A stretch of 64,000 nucleotides of DNA, taken from contig NZ_DATMLH010000240.1 in NCBI RefSeq assembly GCF_035570115.1, positions 17,529-81,528 on the forward strand, read 5' to 3'. A program made the translations under genes and the position numbers. Below the pieces are notes generated by a model, which worked only from the letters and a program-made list of their open reading frames with translations, was not told where the DNA came from and ran no database searches. The DNA is from Mycobacterium sp. Lineage in GTDB: Bacteria > Actinomycetota > Actinomycetes > Mycobacteriales > Mycobacteriaceae. Below are positions 56,938 to 64,000 of this stretch, one piece after another (position 1 is the first letter of the stretch; every line of letters starts with the position of its first letter).

Positions 56938-58239
56938 CTATTCGCGCCTTAGCCGCGACTCCACGAACCGCTCCAGCTCCTCCCATGCCCGGACCGCTGC
57001 GGCGTAGGGAGGCGCGGGCTTGCTCACCGAGTCGGATTCGAGCACATAGGCCGCCAGCTTGCCCAACGGGCGATCCGTCGCAAGCGCTTCGTCGACGGTG
57101 TTGTCCTCGGCGTAGTCCCCGACATCGCGAAGCAGCTCGACCGCCAGATCAAGCTGCTCACGGTCCACTGCATCGGGCCCGTCGGCCAAATCGTCGACCA
57201 GCCCGGTAAGGACGTAGACGTTGTCGTCGGTGACGTCGACCCGCAGCGAGCCGTCGGTGGCCGCAGTACGGATGTCGTCATAGGTGCTCAGGTCGGACAG
57301 ATCGTGGTCGTGCTCATCGGCGAGATATCTGGCCAGCGCCCGCTCCGAGCTGAACACGCTGATGCGACCGTTGCGTCCCAGAAAGATCGGCCGGTCGTCG
57401 AAATAGCAGCGCAGCGTGTAGAAAGTGCCGGCACCGGTCATGATCCGGATCGGGTCGATGCCGACTTTCAACCAGAAGTCCTCGTCACCGCCCAGCACGA
57501 CATCGGTGGCGGTGGTACGGGCCTTTCCGGTGTCCCGGGCGTCGGTGTCGTCGACGCTTTCGGCCGCGGACTCGGTCTGTTCCTCGTCGGCGCCGTCGTC
57601 GGTGATCTCCAGATCTTCCTCTTCGACGTGCTCCTCTTCGACCGGTTCGGCCAGCTCGGCGGCGGCGGCTTCCGATGCGGCGCTCTCCACGTCCGGAGTG
57701 CTGACGATCTCATCCAGCGCCCTGATCACGTCATCCCAGCTGCGCCCGATGACCTCGGCGATCGCATGCCAGCGTTTGAGACCGGCTTTGCCGGTGAAGT
57801 GGCCAATTCCCCCCGACAGCGTGCCCAAGGTGGGGTTGCCGTTGAAAAACTTCATCACCGCCGGCAGCTCGCAGACCGACCCGATGGACGAGACGATCGC
57901 CAGCGCGTTCGCCAGCGTCGTGACCGACTCCTCGGTCGGTTTATCGGAGACCACGTCTTCAACCGAGATCAGATCAAATTGCTTGTCGTCGGCGGGCTCG
58001 AGCTTGTGCGCGTTGGCCTCGGTCAGCCCCTTCCACGCGGGATGGTCCACCAGATCGTTGTCGGTGTTGGTGCGTACGAATGCCACCAGGTCAGCGGGCG
58101 TCTCAAAAGCGTAGAGGTCCTCATCCTTACCCAGAAACGCCTCCCACTCGTCGCCGGCGTCGCGCCAACGAGGCGCCCACACGGTGTAGCGGTCACCGTC
58201 GGTCAGGCTCAAGCGGATAGGCACGAGGTCAGTAGGCAT
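56938..58239 (-). CDS. satS: SatS, SecA2-pathway chaperone (Rv3311-like)
   Basis: YTVWAPRWR...WEAFLG, acidic linker, downstream of sapM. Confidence 0.88.
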   Translation of the reverse strand: MPTDLVPIRLSLTDGDRYTVWAPRWRDAGDEWEAFLGKDEDLYAFETPADLVAFVRTNTDNDLVDHPAWKGLTEANAHKLEPADDKQFDLISVEDVVSDKPTEESVTTLANALAIVSSIGSVCELPAVMKFFNGNPTLGTLSGGIGHFTGKAGLKRWHAIAEVIGRSWDDVIRALDEIVSTPDVESAASEAAAAELAEPVEEEHVEEEDLEITDDGADEEQTESAAESVDDTDARDTGKARTTATDVVLGGDEDFWLKVGIDPIRIMTGAGTFYTLRCYFDDRPIFLGRNGRISVFSSERALARYLADEHDHDLSDLSTYDDIRTAATDGSLRVDVTDDNVYVLTGLVDDLADGPDAVDREQLDLAVELLRDVGDYAEDNTVDEALATDRPLGKLAAYVLESDSVSKPAPPYAAAVRAWEELERFVESRLRRE

Positions 58240-58320
58240 GCGGCACACAATAGCGACGAGCCGCGCGGCCGCCGGACGCCAGGCTGCGGTCAGCCGGTTG
58301 CTGCCCGCGATGATTCGAGG

Positions 58321-59232
58321 TCAGGCCCCCCAAATGTCAGTGATGGCGGGCGCTCTGGTCGCGTAGCCGAGCTTAGGCAGCCCGTACATCTGCTCCAGCG
58401 TGGACAACACGTTGTAGTGGCTGATGGTCTCGCCGTAGGCGCCGGGTCTGACGTTCGCCCCGTAGATGACCGTCGGAATCTGATTCCGGGAGGTGTTGTC
58501 GTCCTCGTCCCAGGTCAGGATCAGCAGGCTGTTGTTGGCTTTCGCCCACGTCGCGTACTGCGACAAGTTCTGATACAGCCAAGTGTCGCCCGCAGCGATC
58601 GAGCCGTCGTGCATGTCATCGTCGAGGTTGGGGGTGACGAACGCGACGGTCGGCAGGTTGGCGTAGTTCTGAGGATTTCCTGGGGCCGGAAACGCAGAAA
58701 ACGGAAGCGAGTAGGAGCTGGGGATATTGCTGAAGCTGACCCAGGGCACATGCTTGCGCGCATACTTCCCCGCCTTGCACTCCGTCGAGCCGACCGCAGG
58801 CAGGCTCTCCGCGTACCCCGCGAAGGTGTAACCGGCTGCAAGCAATTCCGAACCGAGGTTTGGCGTGTTGCCGGCGTTGACAGGACAGACGTTGTCGTTG
58901 ACCAGTGTGTTGCCGGCGAACAAGGCGTAGTAGTTGGGTTCGCTCGGATGCACTTCGGCGAAGGACTGCGCCATCATCGCGCCGTTTGCGGCCAGCTGGT
59001 TGATATAGGGCGCCGACTTGTTTCCGATGATGTTGGTTTGCGAGCGATTCTCTTCCACCACCACGACGACGTGTGCGGGGGTAGGAACCGCGGCCGCCCT
59101 GAAGTCCACTGGACCGGTCTTGTGGGCCTGATGAACCGACGGCCACGACATCACCGCAGCGGAAACCGCCAGTACACCAAAGAGGCTGACCGCTCGATAT
59201 CGTTTGTCATTCCGCCATGGTCGGCGCGGCAT
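58321..59232 (-). CDS. sapM: Secreted acid phosphatase SapM
   Basis: HVVVVVEENRS, HPSEPNY, DMHDG, TWDED; signal peptide. Confidence 0.9.
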   Translation of the reverse strand: MPRRPWRNDKRYRAVSLFGVLAVSAAVMSWPSVHQAHKTGPVDFRAAAVPTPAHVVVVVEENRSQTNIIGNKSAPYINQLAANGAMMAQSFAEVHPSEPNYYALFAGNTLVNDNVCPVNAGNTPNLGSELLAAGYTFAGYAESLPAVGSTECKAGKYARKHVPWVSFSNIPSSYSLPFSAFPAPGNPQNYANLPTVAFVTPNLDDDMHDGSIAAGDTWLYQNLSQYATWAKANNSLLILTWDEDDNTSRNQIPTVIYGANVRPGAYGETISHYNVLSTLEQMYGLPKLGYATRAPAITDIWGA

Positions 59233-59434
59233 GGCGGGAGTATATGGTTCTTGCGCGCGCTCATCGGTCGACGCGCAGGCGTGTCGGGTTGCTAAGCGCG
59301 ATGGACAAAATTGCGAATTGCAACATGACGGGTGCCCGAACAGGACATGATGTTTGCCAATCGCCGGGCCGGGGACAATAGAACGCGATCTATGGCTGCA
59401 TTCTCGGCTGGCGCGATACGGCTGGGAGGTCGCG

Positions 59435-60844
59435 ATGTCAGGGCTGAGGTTGCGCTCGCCGGTCTACGTGCTTTTGGCGATCAGCTGCGTCGCGATAATG
59501 GGCGTGACGTCGATGATGACGTCGGCGTTCGTGTTCGGCGTGAAAGCGATCATCGCGGAAGCCCGGCTGCTGGCCAACGACGGTTTGATCATGGGCGGCA
59601 CCGGAAACCCGATACCCGACCAGGATTACCTCAACAGTGTCGAAGCGCTCTACCTGAGCCAATACCTGCCCCCGAACAACGACTACAGCTACTCCGGCCT
59701 GGAAACACCGGAGCAGTTCTGTCCGATCATCTGCAATGCCAGCCAGCCTGACCTGACTTTCGCCGACTCCGTTAACCAAGGCGTCATGGCCCTGAACGGC
59801 GCGATACTCACGGACTCGCCGGGCGCAAACGACGTCTCCGTGCTGGGCTATTCGCAGAGCGCGACCGTCGCCACCGTTGAGATGAACGACTTGATCAACA
59901 ACACGCCGTCCGGCGTGAACCTGAGCGACCTGAATTTCACGCTGCTCGGTGACCCCAACAGCCCGATCGGCGGCATCCTGGACCGTTTCCAGTTTCCCGA
60001 CGGCGTCGGCCAATTCAGCTTGAGCCCTGAGCCTCAACATCTTCCGTTCCTGGACATCCCGCTCAGCCTGGCAACCACCCCGACCGACCCCTTCACAACC
60101 GACATCTACACCGGCGAGTACGACGGCTGGGCCGACTTTCCCGAGGACCCCAGCAACATCTTCGCCGACATCAACGCCCTCATCGGGATCGAGACGGTGC
60201 ACCCCTACTACCCGGATCCGACTCCCGGGGTGAACTTGGACACCACCAACATGATCGATCTCGGCACCATCGGGAACACCACCTTCTACGACATTCCCGC
60301 GCCGCTGCCGACGTTGGCGTTCATGTACGACGGTGGGCCCGCGGGGCTGTTCTTCTACGATCTCTTCGACCCGTATGCGAGCCTGTCCGACGACTGGGCC
60401 TACGGCAACCCGGGCGATCCGGGCGCCGGCATCGAAGTCAACGGGGTCGACCCGATCGGTGCTGCCGGTCCCTGGACGGTTGATGCGACCGGCCAACTGG
60501 TCGAGTCCGGCGTCGCCGGGTTCGACCCGAAGATGGATCCGCTGCAGATGCTGGCCGGCATGGAATACGCCGGGGTGCAGACGTTCGTCGGCCCGATCGA
60601 CGACCTTCTGGAGGATGCCGGACAGGCGCCGCTGCCGTCGTCGTTCGTCGACTCGCTGCTGTCGGGCTATGACGCCACCAACCAGCTGGACGCATCGCTG
60701 CTCACTACGTGGACCGACCTGACGGCGAGCATCCCGTCGCTCAGCCCGGACGCCATCTTGGACGGGGCGCCGCTGATCTCCGGGCAGCCACTGATCGACC
60801 TGGTCGGTTACGGGTTCGACATCTTCAACTTCTTCGGCGCCTGA
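59435..60844 (+). CDS. PE-PPE domain serine hydrolase with an N-terminal signal/TM segment
   Basis: IMGGTGNP.P, GYSQSA, EYDGWADFP, TVHPYY; RBS GGAGG. Confidence 0.88.
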   Translation: MSGLRLRSPVYVLLAISCVAIMGVTSMMTSAFVFGVKAIIAEARLLANDGLIMGGTGNPIPDQDYLNSVEALYLSQYLPPNNDYSYSGLETPEQFCPIICNASQPDLTFADSVNQGVMALNGAILTDSPGANDVSVLGYSQSATVATVEMNDLINNTPSGVNLSDLNFTLLGDPNSPIGGILDRFQFPDGVGQFSLSPEPQHLPFLDIPLSLATTPTDPFTTDIYTGEYDGWADFPEDPSNIFADINALIGIETVHPYYPDPTPGVNLDTTNMIDLGTIGNTTFYDIPAPLPTLAFMYDGGPAGLFFYDLFDPYASLSDDWAYGNPGDPGAGIEVNGVDPIGAAGPWTVDATGQLVESGVAGFDPKMDPLQMLAGMEYAGVQTFVGPIDDLLEDAGQAPLPSSFVDSLLSGYDATNQLDASLLTTWTDLTASIPSLSPDAILDGAPLISGQPLIDLVGYGFDIFNFFGA

Positions 60845-60853
60845 GCCGCGGCC

Positions 60854-60978
60854 GCGGGCTAGCTCTGATGGCCCGCTTCCTCCTCATCGCGCTGCGCGCT
60901 CTGCATCGTCAGCGGGCTAGCTCTGATGGCCCGCTTCCTCCTCATCGCGCTGCGCGCTCTGCATCGTCAGCGGGCTAG
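60854..60978. repeat. MIRU-type VNTR: 58-bp unit, about 2.15 perfect copies
   Basis: Units start at 60854, 60912 and 60970. Confidence 0.92.
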
Positions 60979-60989
60979 AGTCGAGTCCC

Positions 60990-61613
60990 GTGGACGTCCG
61001 CGTCGTTGACCACCCGCTGGCCGCGGCCCGGCTGACCACATTGCGCGACGAGCACACCAATAGTGCGGGGTTTCGTGCGGCGTTGCGTGACCTAACGCTG
61101 ATGCTGGTGTACGAGGCCACTCGTGACGCGCCCCGCGAGACGGTCACTGTGCGCACACCATTGGCCGAGACGGCCGGAACACGGCTGGCCAATCCACCGC
61201 TGCTGGTGCCGGTGTTGCGGGCCGGGCTGGGCATGGTCGATCAGGCGCATGCGCTGCTACCGGAGGCGCGGGTGGGCTTCGTCGGTGTCGCCCGCGACGA
61301 GGAAACGGCGTTGCCCGTGCCGTATCTGGAGTCACTGCCCGACGATCTGCGCAGCCAACCGGTAATTGTCCTCGACCCAATGCTGGCCACCGGCGGGTCG
61401 ATGACCCACACCATCGGGTTGCTGCAGCGTCGCGGCGCCCACGACATCACCGTGCTGTGTGTGGTGGTCGCGCCGGAAGGCATTGCGGCGCTGGAGAAAG
61501 CAGCGCCCAACGTGCGGTTGTTCACCGCAGCCGTCGATGAGCGCCTCAACGATGTGGCGTACATCCTCCCAGGCCTCGGCGACGCCGGCGACCGCCAATT
61601 CGGGCCGCGTTGA
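60990..61613 (+). CDS. upp: Uracil phosphoribosyltransferase
   Basis: [27 protein letters not shown]. Confidence 0.97.
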   Translation: MDVRVVDHPLAAARLTTLRDEHTNSAGFRAALRDLTLMLVYEATRDAPRETVTVRTPLAETAGTRLANPPLLVPVLRAGLGMVDQAHALLPEARVGFVGVARDEETALPVPYLESLPDDLRSQPVIVLDPMLATGGSMTHTIGLLQRRGAHDITVLCVVVAPEGIAALEKAAPNVRLFTAAVDERLNDVAYILPGLGDAGDRQFGPR

Positions 61614-61614
61614 G

Positions 61615-63228
61615 TCACCAGTGTCGCACCGACGACGCCAGTTCGTCGCAGAGCGCGGTGGCGCGACGGCGAGCAGTGGCCAGATGGGCGGTCGCCGCAG
61701 ATCGAACTTCGATGTAGCACTTGACTTTCGGCTCGGTGCCCGACGGTCGGACCACGACCCGTGCTGACGTGTCGGCGTCGCCGCCGGTGAAGATCAGTGC
61801 ATCGGTGCGATCCGGGCCTGGGCGCTGCAGCAGATCCGTTGTAGTCGAGGCGAATCCGGCCAGACGACTCGGCGGCGAATGCCGTAACCGCCGCATCAGT
61901 GCGGTCGCCTCGTCCGCGTCGGCCACCGCCCGTGACACCGCTGCGCCGACGTGCACGCCGAATCGGCGGGCCAGGTCATCCAGAGCGTCGAGCACGGAGT
62001 GGCCCTGCTGTTTCAGCGTCGCGACCAGGTCACAGGCGAGCACCGCGGCGCTGATGCCGTCCTTGTCCCGGACCGCGGCCGGGTCGACACAGTGGCCGAT
62101 CGCCTCCTCGTAGGCGTAGATCAATGTGCTGCCGGGTAAGTCGGCATCGGCGCGGGCCAGCCATTTGAAGCCGGTCAGGGTCTCTGCGTGGCGCGCGCCC
62201 CAGTGTGTGGCGATGGCGGATAGCATCCGCGACGACACCACGGTGTTCGCCACCACACTGGTGGCGAGCTTGCCCGGTTCGGTTCTGGACAAGATGAAAT
62301 CGCCTAACAGCCAACCGGTCTCGTCACCGGAGAGCATCCGCCAGCCCGCCGGTGTGGCTATCCCGACCGCGCAGCGATCAGCGTCGGGATCCAGCGCGAT
62401 CGCGATCTCGGCGTTGACGTCTTGGGCCAGCGCCAGGAGCGCGTCCGTGGCGCCGGGTTCTTCGGGGTTGGGGAAGCGGACGGTCGGGAAGTCGGGATCG
62501 GGCCTGAACTGGCCAGCGACGGTATGCACGTCGACGAAGCCTGCGCGTCGCAGCGTTTCGACGGCCACCGCGCCACCCACGCCGTGTAAGGGTGTCAGCG
62601 CCACCCGGACCGAGCCCGGCGCGTGCCCGACCCGGGCGGCCCGCTGGATGTAATGCTCGACCAGATTTGCATCAGCCGGTTCGACGTGCGCCCTGACGAT
62701 CTCGTCGGCGAAGGGGGCGACGGCGATAGCGGTTTCGATCTCGTGGTCGGTGGGGGAGATGATCTGAATTCCCCCGTCGACGTACACCTTGTAGCCGTTG
62801 TCGGTCGGCGGATTGTGTGATGCGGTGATCTGGATGCCTGCTGCTGCGCCGGTGTGTCGTACGGCAAACGCCAGCACCGGTGTGGGCACCGGGTCCGGAA
62901 GCAGCACCACTGAAAAGTCCGCGGCGGCAAGCACTTCGGCTGCTGCTATCGCGAATACCGCCGAGCCGTGCCGAGCGTCGCGCCCGACAACCACCGTGCA
63001 ACGGCCGAGGCCTCGACCGCTGAGTACCGTCGCAACTGCCCAGGTGGCACGCAGCACCACGGCGAGGTTCATCGCGTCCGGCCCACCTCGGACTGGACCG
63101 CGCAGTCCCGCGGTGCCGAACGTCAGCGGCCGGGCGAATCGTGCGGCCAGTTCGGCGTGATCGCACCGGGCGAGCTCGGCGGCCGTGATCGGGTCGGGGT
63201 CGTGCGCGATCCAATCCTGCGGTGTCAC
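61615..63228 (-). CDS. pmmB: Phospho-sugar mutase
   Basis: FGTAGLRG, TASHNP, DPDADR, RPSGTEPK. Confidence 0.92.
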   Translation of the reverse strand: MTPQDWIAHDPDPITAAELARCDHAELAARFARPLTFGTAGLRGPVRGGPDAMNLAVVLRATWAVATVLSGRGLGRCTVVVGRDARHGSAVFAIAAAEVLAAADFSVVLLPDPVPTPVLAFAVRHTGAAAGIQITASHNPPTDNGYKVYVDGGIQIISPTDHEIETAIAVAPFADEIVRAHVEPADANLVEHYIQRAARVGHAPGSVRVALTPLHGVGGAVAVETLRRAGFVDVHTVAGQFRPDPDFPTVRFPNPEEPGATDALLALAQDVNAEIAIALDPDADRCAVGIATPAGWRMLSGDETGWLLGDFILSRTEPGKLATSVVANTVVSSRMLSAIATHWGARHAETLTGFKWLARADADLPGSTLIYAYEEAIGHCVDPAAVRDKDGISAAVLACDLVATLKQQGHSVLDALDDLARRFGVHVGAAVSRAVADADEATALMRRLRHSPPSRLAGFASTTTDLLQRPGPDRTDALIFTGGDADTSARVVVRPSGTEPKVKCYIEVRSAATAHLATARRRATALCDELASSVRHW

Positions 63229-63236
63229 GCCAGCCC

Positions 63237-64000
63237 TCAGAGTCGCGCGACCACGTCAGCCAGCAAAGTGCCCATCCGGGTCGCCGAGGCCGCGCCGGCG
63301 GCGAGTACCTCGCCGTGGCTGAGGGGCTCACCGGTGATCCCGGCCGCCAGATTCGTCACCAGCGACACGCCCAGGACCTCTGCGCCGGCCGCGCGCGCCG
63401 CAATCGTTTCGTGCACGGTGGACATGCCCACCAGATCGGCGCCCAGTGTTCGCAGCATCCGGATCTCGGCGGGCGTCTCATAATGCGGCCCAGGCAGCCC
63501 GGCGTACACGCCTTCAGCCAGCGTTGGGTCGACCCTACGGGCCAGTGCCCGCAGTCGCGGTGCGTAAGCGTCGACCATGTCGACGAACTGGGCCCCGATC
63601 AGCGGAGACCGTGCGGTCAGGTTCAGGTGGTCGCTGATCAGCACCGGCTGGCCGACGGCCAGGTCCGGGCGCAGCGCACCGGCCGCGTTGGTGAGCACGA
63701 CGACGCGTGCGCCGGCTGCGCACGCCGTCCGCACCGGGTGCACGACGTGTATCAGGTCATGGCCCTCGTAGGCATGCACGCGACCGGCCAGTACCAGCAC
63801 GCGGTGCTGACCGATACCCACCGACAACACTTGACCGGTGTGGCCCACCGCGGTCGGCGGGGTGAAACCAGGCAAATCGGCCATTGGCAGCACCGCGGTT
63901 GTCGGGCCCAGTGCGGCAACAGCAGGCGCCCAGCCTGACCCCAGAACGATCGCGACATCGTGTTCGACGATTCCGGTGCCGTCGGCGATGAACTGCGCCG
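63237..64000 (-). CDS. punA: Purine nucleoside phosphorylase; 5' end lies beyond the window
   Basis: [29 protein letters not shown]. Confidence 0.94.
   Translation of the reverse strand, partial: AQFIADGTGIVEHDVAIVLGSGWAPAVAALGPTTAVLPMADLPGFTPPTAVGHTGQVLSVGIGQHRVLVLAGRVHAYEGHDLIHVVHPVRTACAAGARVVVLTNAAGALRPDLAVGQPVLISDHLNLTARSPLIGAQFVDMVDAYAPRLRALARRVDPTLAEGVYAGLPGPHYETPAEIRMLRTLGADLVGMSTVHETIAARAAGAEVLGVSLVTNLAAGITGEPLSHGEVLAAGAASATRMGTLLADVVARL

Noticed and set aside
60854-60978. Possible CRISPR array
   Set aside because: The units are contiguous and identical, with no unique spacers and no cas genes.

Overview
This is a high-GC chromosomal segment from a Mycobacterium, probably non-tuberculous (no PE_PGRS/PPE genes seen). 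It is largely syntenic with the M. tuberculosis Rv3371-Rv3307 region. In order it holds a partial WS/DGAT gene, LexA-boxed dnaE2, a nitroreductase, trmL, a four-gene conservon lacking mfpA, an FHA-ABC transporter, folD, an HNH/13E12 gene, metX-metY under a SAM-IV riboswitch, both monomeric and dimeric isocitrate dehydrogenases, trpS, aqpZ, nagA, dacB1, sigJ, sdhCDAB, cdd-deoA-add, satS-sapM, a PE-PPE hydrolase, upp, pmm and a partial PNP gene. The most notable structure is a ~3.9 kb islet just downstream of dnaE2. It is bounded by a 77-bp (76/77 identical) duplication of the dnaE2 3' region and splits a REP-like palindrome. It encodes a TetR with two matching operators and three integral membrane proteins, including a PaxB/Pyr4-like terpene-cyclase candidate and an AveC/CruF-like candidate, joined by a chain of ATGA-coupled mini-ORFs. 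I found no tRNA, rRNA, CRISPR array or transposase. Family assignments come from motif recognition by eye, not database searches.
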